The notes under the pieces were generated by a model. That model was not told where the DNA came from and ran no database searches. It saw only the letters and a program-made list of their open reading frames with translations. The translations under genes were made by a program, and so were the position numbers. A stretch of 64,000 bases of DNA from Octopus bimaculoides (lineage: Eukaryota). Positions 13,769 to 26,149 of the stretch are shown here, piece by piece (positions within the stretch are counted from its first letter, which is position 1; every line of letters starts with the position of its first letter). The stretch lies in the NCBI RefSeq assembly GCF_001194135.2, contig NC_068981.1, positions 128,611,422 to 128,675,421 on the forward strand, in the 5' to 3' direction.

Positions 13769-13770
<2 letters not shown>
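13410..13770 (+). mobile_element. Family A SINE
   Basis: Colinear with 4962-5370. Confidence 0.8.
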
Positions 13771-13803
<33 letters not shown>

Positions 13804-13845
13804 TGGGTGTGTGTATATGTATGTGTGTGTGTGTGTGTTTGCACA

Positions 13846-14759
13846 CAAGGAAGTACCCAAAAGTAACCAGAAACGTTCTCTGTGAAACAAACCCATCATG
13901 GTTCAGGCTTCCACCACTAGAAGCCACTTGATATGACCCTCAAGCGTCAGTCTGTTGATTGGCAATGTCGTGTGAAGTTGTACTGTCACGTAGTGCATCT
14001 TAGTTTTGCAGTGCTTCTCTCCTGTTCGTTGATTTTTACAATGGCTGAATTGAAAGAACAGCATGCTTCCATGAAATTCTGTTTTCTGCTGGGGAAAATA
14101 GCAGTTGAAACAGTTGTCAGGCTTCAAACAGCTTACAAGGACACTGCCATGAGCAAAACACAAGTTTACAAATAGTTTTCATGCTTTAGGAATGGTCACT
14201 TGTTGCTTGAACACCAACCTCATTCAGGGCATCCATCAACATCCTGAATGAATGAAAACATTTTGAAAATTCATGAACTGATCTTGGAGGACCATTACTA
14301 AACAATTGACGAACTTGTTGACATGACTGGCACCTGGATCTCCTGCCAATGAATGATTTTGAGTGATGAATTGTGAATGAAAAGAGTTGCAGCAAAATTT
14401 GTACCTCACTTATTTATGAAAGATCAAAAGTAGTCATGACTAAATAAATGCATGTCGAGAACTGAAAGAACAGTTGGAAATTGATCCAAGCCTTTTTGCA
14501 AAGGTCATCAGCAGTGATAAAATCTGATGCTTCAGAATTTGCAGATGTAGAAGAGAGGGAAAAAAGAAAAAACGATAGAGGCGTTAAAAGGTATCAATTT
14601 GCATGAGTTCCAGCACTGCTTCAAACGGTGGAAAACATATCTGGACTGATGCATTGCTTCAAATGGAGAATACTTTGATGGTGATAAAAATGTAAATAAA
14701 TAAAACTAAGTAAATAAAATAATATTGTAAAATTCCGGTTTCTTTTTAGTACCCTCTCA
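13846..14759 (+). mobile_element. Internally deleted, decayed mariner element
   Basis: Imperfect TIRs (CAAGGAAGTACCCAAAAGTAACCAGAA / TTCCGGTTTCTTTTTAGTACCCTCTCA). N-terminus MAELKEQHASMKFCFLLGKIAVETVVRLQTAYKD. Confidence 0.8.
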
Positions 14760-14904
14760 TATAATCCAAATAATAAAACAAAGAAATCCTTTAACACATC
14801 GTTAATGATTTTTTTACTATTGTTTCTGTACCAACTCTGCTTGCAACGCCAGTTTACTCAATATTCAATTGGAAAATTTACATAATGTTTGTGGTTTTAC
14901 GGTC

Positions 14905-15200
14905 TCGCTTGGCTTGCCGAGTCTTCTCAAGCACAGCATATCTCCAAAGTCTCAGTCACTTGTCATCGCCTCCATGAGGCCCAACATTCGAAGGTCATGC
15001 TTCACCACCTCATCTCAGGTCTTCCTGGGTCTACCTCTTCCACAGGTTCCCTCTACTAATAGGGTGTGACACATTTTCACACAACTGTCCTCATCCATAT
15101 ATAACACATGACCATACCAGCCCAGTCGTCTCTCTTGTACACCACATCTGATGCTTCTTATATCCAACTTTTCCCTCAGGGTGCTTACACTCTGTCGTGT
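14905..15200 (-). mobile_element. RTE LINE ORF C-terminal fragment
   Basis: LREKLDIRSIRCGVQERRLGWYGHVLYMDEDSCVKMCHTLLVEGTCGRGRPRKT. Confidence 0.85.
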
Positions 15201-15484
15201 ATGCACATACATGTATAAACACACACACACACACTTATACACATAGATTCCAACCTTTGTTACTACCCTTATTCCAACATAGGTTTCACTTTAGTTGGCT
15301 GGATCTTTTGCATCACTGCATATTGCCAGTGAATACAGTTATTTGTCATCTCTTCCATAAGATACAGCTTTTTCAAGTCAGCCTTTACCACTTTACACCA
15401 AATGCAACGTTATTACCAGTTCAAATATGCCAGTGGCAAGTTCAAACTCATAAACAAGCTATTCACTGTGTTTTGTCATAGAGT

Positions 15485-15896
15485 AAATTTCTTGTTGTAG
15501 ACAAATGGTTTAAATACATCTAAATCAGATCACAGTGCTACCTATCCAGACTGTGAGATGTAAGTATCAGAAACCAGATGGTGGTGCTGCAAGTTGATAA
15601 AAAAGACACTCTCTCTTATGTTGTTCCAGTCATCGTACATCAGCTGGCAGTGCTAAACAGCAGCTGATCATAAATAGATTATGAGGTAGGAGAGCTATCA
15701 GTGATGTGTATAAATGCAAATGACTGGAATAACATAAGAGAGATTGTCTATCCTATCAGTTCACAGTGCCACTGTCAGCTTTCTGATACAGAAGAGGAGA
15801 TAACCACTCCGATCTGTTTACATCTCACAGTCTTGATAGGTAGTGCTGCAAGCTGATTTAGGTATATTTACACTATTTGTCTACAGCAGGAAATTT
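15485..15896. repeat. Diverged fold-back element (about 410 bp)
   Basis: Matching inverted blocks: AAATTTCTTGTTGTAGACAAA / TTTGTCTACAGCAGGAAATTT, CTACCTATCCAGACTGTGAGATGTAA / TTACATCTCACAGTCTTGATAGGTAG, and CTCTCTTATGTTGTTCCAGTCAT / ATGACTGGAATAACATAAGAGAG. Confidence 0.8.
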
Positions 15897-15934
15897 TCTT
15901 GCTTACAAGTTACATATTCAAACTAGTAAAAACA

Positions 15935-16720
15935 TTGTTTAGTGCTACCACCTTGTACTTTACACCAAGTCTTCTTTGGTCTCCTCCTCCATGGCTTCCA
16001 CTCACACAGAGTGCATGGGGTACTTCTTTATACAGCACTCATCTTCCATAGACATCACACACCCATATTGATGCAGCCTTCTCTCTTCATGCTACATCTG
16101 ATTCTCCTTATAACAAGACCTTCCCAGATCCTTTATATTCTGGTATTATGTACAATGATATTACATAACCATCAGAGTATATTTGCTGTATGTCTTTTCA
16201 ACATTCACAAAACTTCTACATTCAAAGTCTATATCTCACTACCATACAGCATTGCAGTTCAAATACATGCATCATACAATCTACTCTTTATTATGAAGGT
16301 GAGTATCTTTGTTACCAGCAGAGGTAGGAACTCCCTGAATTTCTTTCAATCTATTCTTATTTTAACTTGTATACTTTCAGAACAACCACTTCCATTGTTA
16401 AAAACACCACCTAGGTATCAGAAGCTATTAATTAAATTTAGGGAGCCAGCCAAGCATTTAAGAGAACTTATTTCTGGTGTGTTCTGTTTGTTTATTGTCC
16501 CTGTGCATCTGCCCTGTTAGCCTGCTTGTGATTCCACATCTCTTATATGTCCATAGCTTACTCTGAGTACAACTCATGGAGTTCCTACCCACTTCTTTTA
16601 TGTATATCAAGCAAGGCCATTTATCTTCTTTCCTACTTACTACACTTAAATCTTTGCTAAGTTTACTTTGAAGCCTCTCAGTTCTAACTCTTGCATCCAT
16701 ATCTGAAATTTCATCTTTAA
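15935..16720 (-). mobile_element. Old, decayed RTE RT remnant
   Basis: Broken minus-strand similarity to the RTE at 17522-18360 (KFREFLPLL, LYDAC..TAMLY, WMQELELRG-like pieces). Confidence 0.55.
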
Positions 16721-16961
16721 TTCTACTGTAAATTCAGCTGAGAACTGAATCTTCATAGATTCCAACATTCACACTAAATCCATGAATTCTAGGCTAGCTC
16801 TCTTCCAGTCACCTTACTGGGAAGATGGCATTTGTGTGTACCTCTTCCAGGCTTAAAGCCAAACTCTATCTTATTTTGGTTAATTTGGTTCTTGAACAAT
16901 TGTCCTATGACTCTTTCTGTGACCTTCATTGCCTGATCCATCATTTGATGCCTTGTGATTT

Positions 16962-17018
<57 letters not shown>

Positions 17019-17521
17019 GAAATATGTTACAAAAAGAAAATAGAAACTACACATGGAAATGTAAGGGGAAAGTAAGAAGAAAAATAAGCGAAAATGCACA
17101 TTGGAAATCAAAAAACTAAAGGCTTTTTATGAAAAGTAACGATAGTTATATACAATTAGATGAACTGAGGTAGGAATAAAAGTAATAAAAGTCATTATTG
17201 TGAATTGTTAAAGCATACTGGTTTCATAAAATTACAGATCACTGCTTTGAATACACACCAATTACCGAATGGTGTCGGGTCTAATAGTCCCTGAGTAAAA
17301 AGATTATGTGTAAGGGAGGTAAGTAGTTCTGGATTTGGTGCAATTAGAGTAGATATAGATCTGTAATGTGAATGGTGTATGGGTGGTATTGAAAGGTTAG
17401 TAGTGTTCTGTATTAAGTTATGTGTTCATATTGATTTGTGGAAGATATTTATTGATGAAAGTTGCCTCTTTATTCATTAGAAGGAGAAAGTTAGGAAATT
17501 AGGATTAAGGTTAGTTTAGAG

Positions 17522-18544
17522 GAGATGCAGTTGGGTTTGTGCCAGGGAAAAGCATCACTGATGCTGTATTTCTGGTAAGACAGATGCAGGAGAAATACCT
17601 AACCAAAGATAAACCTCAGTACCTGGCTTTTGTTGATATGGAGAAAGCCTTTGACAGGTTTCTCCGATCTCTTATCTGGTGGTCAATGAGGAAACTAGGG
17701 ATAGAAGAATGGTTAGTGAGAGCTGTGCAAGCCGCTGGGAGCTTCTCTATGCTGATGACTTTGCTCTAATAGCTGAGTCACAATCAGAACTAGAGGAGAA
17801 GTTTCAGGTGTGGAAGCAAGGTCTAGAATCAAAGGGCCTTAGAGTCAATCCAGCAAAAACCAAAGTCTTGATAAGTAGGAAGGCAGACAAATCACAAATC
17901 CCTTCGGGTAGATAGCCCCACTCGATCTGTAGAAAAGGTGTAGATTGAAACTCCATAGGATGTACCCGGTGTTAGCTATGGACACATAAGAAATGCAGCA
18001 ATATCAAAGGAAGGCTAACTGGGAAGATAGTATTTGTATGTGGCAAATGCTCAGGGGTAATAAACACTGAAAATGTGCAGAAAACAGCTTCCGTCACATG
18101 CCAAGGGGAAAATCTAGAAGTAGTTGATAGCTTCCATTACCTAGGTGACCAAGTCAGTAGTGGGGGAAGTTGCTCTGAGAGTGTAGCTTCTAGAATAAGA
18201 ATAGCCTGGGCAAAGTTCAGAAAGCTCCTACCTCCGCTGGTGACAAAGAGCCTCTCGCTCAGAGTAAAAGGTAGACTGTATGACGCATGTGTGCGAACAG
18301 CCATGCTACATGGCAAGAAACATAGGCTGTGACTGCTGAGGACATGTGTAAGCTTTTAAGAAATGAAGCTAGTATGCTCTCCTGGATGTGTAATGTCAGT
18401 GTGCATACACAACAGAGGGCATCCAGCTGTAGAAACTTTGCCAGATCAGATTGAAGCCTGGTGCAGCCTTCTGGCTTGCCAGCCCTCAGTCAAACCGTCC
18501 AACTCATGCCAGCATGGAAAACAGACGTTAAACGACGACGATGA

Positions 18545-18550
<6 letters not shown>
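17522..18550 (+). mobile_element. RTE LINE, 5'-truncated with internal deletions, ending in (GAT)n
   Basis: RT motifs QMQEKYL..LAFVDMEKAFDR, WELLYADD, YLGDQVSSGG, RIRIAWAKFRKLLP, then 3' UTR and tail. Confidence 0.9.
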
Positions 18551-18584
<34 letters not shown>

Positions 18585-18751
18585 TCCGACTCTTTCTTTC
18601 TCTCTCAACACGCACACATACGCACACACACAAACATATTGTGAAGTACATGAGTATCTATTATTTACTTTTATGTCAGTGTGTATATATATATGAGCAT
18701 TTGTATGTGTATGTATATTTAATCTTGTGTTTGTCTTTATAAACTAATATA

Positions 18752-18787
<36 letters not shown>

Positions 18788-19277
18788 CATACATGCATGT
18801 GCAAAAATGTATATAAAAAATTAACAAAAAGTATATTCATGCTTATAAATATATAATTACAGAAACACACACACACACATAATTACACATAATTACACAT
18901 AAATATTGTAATTATGAGCACTGCTCTAGCTAGAAATGATGTTCCTGCAACCTACCATCATGTTGAGAGCTCTGAAGGGTGTCTGCTATTATTCTAGATG
19001 CTGAGTAAGTAATTAATTATCTCAGCTTTTTCTAATAAAAGATTGGATGAAACATACACACAACCTCAAGAAATAATTTGGAAATATCTGTGTGAACTGG
19101 GCTGTGATATATCTGTGTGTATGTCTCTGTGTGCATATATCTATGTGTGTGTCTGTGCATATGTATTTTTCTGTGTATATATCTGTGTGTGTGCATGTGT
19201 GTGTTTAAGTGTATGTGAATAACATAAATATATAAACATATACACACTTGCATGCATGTTTACTTATGTATGTAAAC

Positions 19278-19315
<38 letters not shown>

Positions 19316-19367
19316 GGATAGATAGATAGATCATATATATTATATTAGATATATTCACATAAATGTG

Positions 19368-19421
<54 letters not shown>

Positions 19422-19476
19422 TGAGTGATATGTTCAGGTGAGAATCTAACTGTAAATATTACATTGCTGAAGTATG

Positions 19477-19518
<42 letters not shown>

Positions 19519-20011
19519 TTTTCTTTCTGTTATGATTTCTTTTATTGGCTGTAAGGGCTTAAGATATTGGAGAAATGCAAAGGAAAGTAACAACAACAAA
19601 AATGCAAATATAATATGGTGTGCTATGTAATTGTACAGATTTTATGTCATTGTTGTCTCATATATGCTCTAATACTCACTTCTATATATTTACATACATT
19701 ATTATTTCTTGTATAGATATAAAGTCTCATATTTATAAGTGGTAGCAGGAATTGGTAGTTTGGCAGTAATTTCTTTTGCCAAGAATATCAGCAACGCTAG
19801 CCAATGTGTGTGGGTGGTCTCTATGCTGAAGTTGGACCTGCTGGAAATAGTACCAAAATATCTAATAAATTGCTCAATATATAGTTTTAAAATAAGGAAG
19901 ATTATCATTAGTAATGTAGTCCTAGATACACTATTCTTTTGAAGAAAGTAGGAATAGACACTGTCATAAATATTTCTATAAGTCTACTTAATGAGAAGTG
20001 ATATGGGACCA

Positions 20012-21100
20012 AGAGGGTGGACTTGAAAGTTCATAGGCTGACTATGAAGGAGTGATGCTAGAGCTGTGAAACCTTGTATGCATTAATTTCAATGCTTATT
20101 AATAACTGCATTGTTTCTTCCCAGGTAAACTGACATGTAACTGCTCAAAGACTACTTCAAAAGTTACTAGTAGTGACTTCTCTTGAAAATGGACAAAATT
20201 TAGCATTGTGGTATTATCAAGTACCTGAAGAAAAAGGGTTTATCCCAAAAAGAACATTCATGCTGACATTAGGGGATAACACTGGAACATCGTCCCCTTA
20301 TGTAGCAACAGTGCAGGAGTGGGCAGCTGAATTTAGGAGGGGAAGAGAAAGTCTTGAAGATGACCCAAGGTCTGGATATCCTGCGACTGCCACCACCAAG
20401 GGAAACACTGATTGTGTTCACTACAGGGTGGTGGATAACAGGCAATTAACTATAAATCAAATAACCAATGTTATTAGCATATCTCATGAGAGAGTTGAGA
20501 ATATTCTGCACAATGAACTTGGCATGATGAAGGTTTCTGCTCAGTGGGTGCCAAATCCTTTAAAACATGATCAAAGCGAACCAGGCTGATCACATCACTG
20601 GAAAATCTGATATTCTTTGAAGCAGATCAAGCTGGCTTCCTTGAATGTTTCCAAATCCAGGATGAGTGGTGGTTTCATCACTTTGAGCCAGAGACAGAGA
20701 CAATCTATGCAGTGGAAACACCCCTCCTCACCAGCTTCAAAGAAGGTCAAGGTTGTTTCATCTGCTGGGAAGGTGATGGCCTCAGTTCTTTTGAGATGCA
20801 AAAGGTATTGTGTTTATTGACTATTTTCAAAAGGGCCACACCATCAATGGAGAGTACTATCCCAACTTGATGAGGCACCTACGAATGGCTATCAAGACCA
20901 AACACCAAAGAAATTTGACAAAAGGAGTCATGTTTCATCAGGACAATGCTACAACACACACGTCCTTGCTTGCAATGGCTGTTGTGCATGACTGTAGTTT
21001 TGAACTGGTTGATTACCCTACCTATTCACCTGATTTGGTTCCATCTGACAATCATCTGTTTGCCAATATCAAAAACACTTGACTGGGAACCAGTATTGCA
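20012..21100 (+). mobile_element. mariner (DD34D) transposase pseudogene lacking its right end
   Basis: Left TIR-like GAGGGTGGACTTGAAAGTTCATAGGCTG; WVP motif; HQDNA...YSPDLVPSD with 34 residues between the aspartates. Confidence 0.85.
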
Positions 21101-21750
21101 GCCGACCTGTGGGCTTATGCCAAACGGCTGCTGTCAAGTGTGGCTCGAGTCCGCCTGTCGGCGGAGTCTATTGTGCAAGTTGCTCCACTACCGTCCCTCA
21201 ACAGGGAAGGCAAGGCAGTGTTCATCATACTGGTGGCCATGGTGAAAGAATGTGTGTGGTGGACCCGAGCGAAAGGATTAGAGACGAAAACCTACCTCTC
21301 TGGCCAATAGCTCATCAACTTCTTCAAGTATCACTTGAAAAGGAAGGTGAGAATAGAGAGACAGGTTTTGTCTTGTGAAAGTTTCATTAAAAGGTGGGTG
21401 AATGTAGCAAAGATGGTGTGTGCGAGTGACGATACCTCTTTGAGCATGATCCTGTAAATCGAGAAAAATAAAAAAAGAGAGAGAGAGAAAGAGCACCTTG
21501 CTCTCATGTGTCTATTCCCTGGTGAGGTTACTGTGGTCTTTTCTGTAAGCTTTTCTCTCCATGGATAAACCTAATGTTACCCTTTTTTACACCATTGACA
21601 TTTTCTGTGATATATGATCCCTTTTGATCTTTTTTTTTTTTTTACTACCGATCCCTTTTGATCGAATTTCTTTTTCTTTTTTCTAGAAGAAAAGCTATAC
21701 AATTGTATTTGTCCCCTCTGTGTACAGCCCTGTGTGGCTAATAAAAGAAA
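21101..21750 (+). mobile_element. Tx1-clade LINE 3' fragment
   Basis: Single frame 21101-21457 with one internal stop: DLWAYAKRLLSSVARVRLSAESIVQVAP..VKECVWWTR..FFKYHLKRKVRIERQVLS..FIKRWVNVAKM. T-rich UTR ends in AATAAAAGAAA. Confidence 0.7.
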
Positions 21751-22804
21751 GTTATCTAGTGTAAATATCTTGAATATTTACAGGCACATTTTGACACTTA
21801 AAGCATTATATAAGTACTTTACACACTAATTCTTTCTACTTTTGGAACAATACCAGCAATTTTAGGGAAAGTGGAGTTAGTAAATTATATTGACTGAAGT
21901 GTTCAACTGGAACTTATTTCATCAACCCTGAAAGGATGAAAAGTAAAGTTCACAATGGCAGAATTTGAACTCAGAATGTGAGCAGCTGAAAGAAATGCCA
22001 CTAAACAATTTTTCTGATATGTTAATGGTTCTACCAGCTTCCCAGCTTACCAGAAACACTAAATAACACTATAAAGAATTTGCCCTCATCTGGATCGACA
22101 ACCTTGAAGCTAGGCTTAACAAATAATATTAGATAGAGTATCTCAGAGGGATATTTTAGTTACACAGTTTTATTGTGAATTTTCCTTTCTTTTATGTCAC
22201 AAAAGTCTGAAGGGTACATTGTATTTGTTGTTGTTGCCCTAACTGAACAGACTTATAATTAAAGACATTCAAGGTAATACCATCCCAGCATTTCTTTTTT
22301 TGGACCACTTTATCCAATAGTTTCTTCCTTTACTTTTCTTATAATAGTAGGATGTAAGTCAAGGGAGATTTGGCTGTTGTTTCTGACTAATTAAATGACC
22401 AGAGGCTACCTCACTGGCTCGAAGGTCATATTGATGTTTATCCCCAGATCAGTGTTCAAAGAACCTGGCCCACATAATCCAAAATTTTTTCTCCTAAGAT
22501 GGTGGAGTGTGATTTGAGAAAGATTTGGCTACTGTTTCCAGCAGGTCAACAGTCATGTAAAGGATCCCTAATTGGCTCAAAGAGTATATCTTTTATCTTC
22601 ACTCTTTTGGCTTTTACTTGGACACTGACTATGCAGGGACAACACTTTGAAAGGTTTAGTCGAATAAATATTTATTGTTAAGTCTGGTACTTATTCTATC
22701 AGTCTCTTTTGCCAAACTGCTAAATACTGGGATGTAAACAAGCCAATACCATTATTTACATTATTTACAATTGACGGATATTTGTCCTCATCTTGTTTGT
22801 TGTT

Positions 22805-22850
22805 AACACAACGTTTCGGCTGATATACCCTCCAGCCTTCATCAGGTGTC
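22805..22850 (-). ncRNA. Minimal type I hammerhead ribozyme motif (mirror copy)
   Basis: Reverse complement reads GACAC CUGAUGA A GGCUG GAGGGUAUAU CAGCC GAA ACGU U GUGUU. Confidence 0.8.
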
Positions 22851-22936
22851 TTGGGGAAATTTTAAACCTGGGTTCTCGTTCCTAAGGTACTTTTTCTTAC
22901 CTTAGGAATGAGAACCCAAGTTCGAAATTTCCCCAA

Positions 22937-22982
22937 GACACCTGATGAAGGCTGGAGGGTATATCAGTCGAAACGTTGTGTT
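22937..22982 (+). ncRNA. Minimal type I hammerhead ribozyme motif
   Basis: GACAC CUGAUGA A GGCUG-loop-CAGUC GAA ACGU U GUGUU: stem I GACAC/GUGUU, 5-bp stem II, palindromic ACGU stem III. Predicted cleavage after 22977. Confidence 0.8.
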
Positions 22983-24769
22983 AACAACAAACAAGATGAG
23001 GGCAAATATCCGTCAATTGTAAATAATGTAAATAATGTACATAATTCCTCATCTCTTAAATATAGAACTGAAGCTAATACCAGTTGTCAAGCAATAGGGA
23101 GGAGGCAAACACAAGCACAACACACATACACACACACACACAAACACGTACACATATAATCATCATCAACCAAATTTACTTACCAGGCTATAATAAAGAA
23201 TAGTTGCCCAATATACCATGGAATGGGACCGAACTTGAAAACACATGATTTTACAGCAAGCTTCTTAACTACACAACCATGTCAGCCTGTGTCTACTATA
23301 TGACCAGGTGAGGAGAAAATAGAAATGTTATTTCAACATAAAGCTTCTTTGTTCATGTCCTCACCTGCATGTATATAACATATCCAGTATGTAGAAGCAC
23401 TTTGGTTTTGTTTCCACATTGTTACAATACACTGGAATGGCGCTTGTATAAGATAAGAATGGCTATATAAATGATTGTGAAACAAAGAATTGCATCAAAT
23501 TAGTATGATTGCTTATCTATCAACCGATTAATTATCTCTTTTAATGTCTAGTGATGAATGCTACATTTACATTCTGATTGATGAAAAGATATCTTGTTAT
23601 GGCACTTGTAATGAAGAATGTGTAACAAAGCAATGCTACACAACTAAAAGGAGAAGCTCTTCTGCATATAATAAAATCGATAACCTTACAAAGTGGTTGC
23701 TGTATCATTATTAATTTAGGAAACTTAACTGGCTGTTAGTTAAGATCTAAGCCATAAATTTAAAATATCAAAGCAGAACCACATCAATGTAGATATTGAC
23801 CAGGGATGCCTAAATTGAAAATAAGGACCCAAAATGATAAATATCATTGAAGTTTCTCATATACAACAGAAATACATCTGTTATCAGTTATGTTAAATTA
23901 ATGTTCAAACTGTAACCCACATTATTAGTAGCTCTCCAAAAATATTTCCATAGTATTGCCTTGCCATGAGGCATGACATTATAGCAAAAACTATTATACA
24001 AGGCAGTTGAGAGGAAGGATAACCTAGGATATCAGCACATTTGGAGTTGAAGTGATCTGGAATTCATGTATCCATTCATCCATCTAACTAGCCAACCAGC
24101 CAGCCAGATGCATGCCCAGTGGTTAGGGTGTTGGCTTACAACCAGAAGGTCATAGGTTTGATTCCTGGACCAGGTGGTGCTTTGTATCTTTGAGCAAGGC
24201 ACTTTATTTGTTCTAGTCTATTTAACTGAAAATCAGTATCAGCCAAGTGTTGGTATAGGCCTCTTTAACACCTGCTGTCATGGCCTCAATGGGTTGAAGA
24301 TATGAGGTCTATAATGATTAGTGAAAGCATAGCAGATGCTTCCAAGCCAATCAGTTATATTGTTTCTAGTTGTCCAAGCATGGCCAAAATGAATTATTAT
24401 ATAAATAGACACAATGAAGTTGGAGATTATGCCAGAATTATTGAGTATACATAGAAACAAAAGCAAAAAACACACCATAAAAGGTTTCAGACAATGACAA
24501 AGGAAGCAGAGACAGGGACAAGCTTACTACGGAGCCTCTGCATGGTAGCTTAACTTGCTAGGCATAGCAACTATATTCCCATCAAATCATACTCTGTTAT
24601 CTTAGATAGAGGAAAAACACAATGGATATTGTAGTTCACTGACTGAAAAAACAGTTGGGGTGATTATGGATGCAATACTTTAGATCATAGTTCTCTCATC
24701 CAAGGTTACCAGGGTTAGACCAAAACAATAACACAAACAGAGATATTAAGGAAAGCTTCCACGATATTA

Positions 24770-25050
24770 TTATCAAATGCATGAAAATAATATATTCTAG
24801 TCAATAGATGGATGGCAATATATCTCTGAAAGAAAGAAAGAAAAAAACCATCCACTTATAAAGACCTGGGAATCAAGATATACAGAATGTATTAATTGCA
24901 AATATGAATAATTCTTACAATAATAGGTGTCTTGGCAATGATAATAATAGATTCAGACAAATACATAAACAACTCCAGGACCTCTCCACATACACAAAAT
25001 AAAGGAAACAGCACTATTATATATTACACAGCAAAGATATATTACAGAGA
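24770..25050 (+). mobile_element. Very decayed R4-like RLE 3' remnant
   Basis: Broken similarity to KYKDL.I.I..M / IIG.L.M / KETALL motifs. Confidence 0.4.
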
Positions 25051-25190
25051 GTAATATGAACACAATAGAAAAAAACAAAACAAAACAAACAAGACTAAAT
25101 TCTGTGTGGACTAAGAGTAATAGAACTGCATTTGATTAAACAATGAAAGTAAATAATAATGATAAAACAACTGCAACAACAACAACAACA

Positions 25191-25241
<51 letters not shown>

Positions 25242-25244
<3 letters not shown>

Positions 25245-25872
25245 TAGTTTTATTTTTATAACGTGCTTTCACTTTACTACCGAGCGCAGCTCTGTGCGCC
25301 TTGGGTATGTGCTGTGGTTTGCTGTGGTGCTCTTATGTTTACTGTATTGAAAGTGTTTTGCGTAGAATGTGTGCAGTACCCAGTAGTGCAATTTTCTGTA
25401 TGTTATATATNNNNNNNNNNNNNNNNNNNNNNNNNNNNNNNNNNNNNNNNNNNNNNNNNNNNNNNNNNNNNNNNNNNNNNNNNNNNNNNNNNNNNNNNNN
25501 NNNNNNNNNNNNNNNNNNNNNNNNNNNNNNNNNNNNNNNNNNNNNNNNNNNNNNNNNNNNNNNNNNNNNNNNNNNATCTGTGTGTATTGGCATATCCCAG
25601 AGTATGGTTGCTTTCTCGTTTTCTGTGACCTTTTCTGGCGTGTGTTTATACCATCTTTTTTCTGTTGCTATTCCATAATGTTGGCATAGCTTCCAGTGTA
25701 TATAGGTCCCAGCTCTGTCATGTCTGTGAATATATTCCTTCTTAGCCAGGACTGGGCAGCCAGAGATAATATGATTTATTGTTTCTTGTCGATCTCCACA
25801 TATTCTACAGTTACTTGTTATATTTCTTTTCATTATGTGTTTTTGGTAATTTCTGGTGGGGAGGCTTTGGTC
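25242..25872 (-). mobile_element. R4/Dong-type non-LTR retrotransposon 3' fragment flanked by (TAA)n
   Basis: CCHC knuckle CRICGDRQETINHIISGC, RHD..IHWKLC, C-terminal QKIALLGTAHILRKTL*. (TTA)n at 25192-25241 and 25873-25931. The nuclease core falls in an N gap. Confidence 0.8.
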
Positions 25873-25911
<39 letters not shown>

Positions 25912-26149
25912 TATTATTATTATTATTATTAATGATTTCTTTTATTTGCAGAAGATGGGAACATTTACATGGACAGGTTGCAAAAACGTGGGTGTGGGTG
26001 TGTTTACATTGAAATCCACTGAATGTGAGAAAGAAAGTGAAAATATACTCTGTAAACACAATCCTGTGTATATAGGTGATTGTCCAACAGGAGAATCACC
26101 ATCTAGAATTAATGAAAGAACCTCACATATTCTGCATTATCCCTAACTA

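Larger units (their letters stand above)
22751..23070 (+). mobile_element. Penelope-like fold-back insertion carrying hammerhead motifs
   Basis: 139-bp inverted arms (22751-22889 / 22898-23036, 6 mismatches), 8-nt loop, unique 3' end ...TCTTAAATATAGAACTG. Flanked by AAGC(C/T)AATACC (22740-22750, 23071-23081) inside a family A SINE. Confidence 0.85.
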
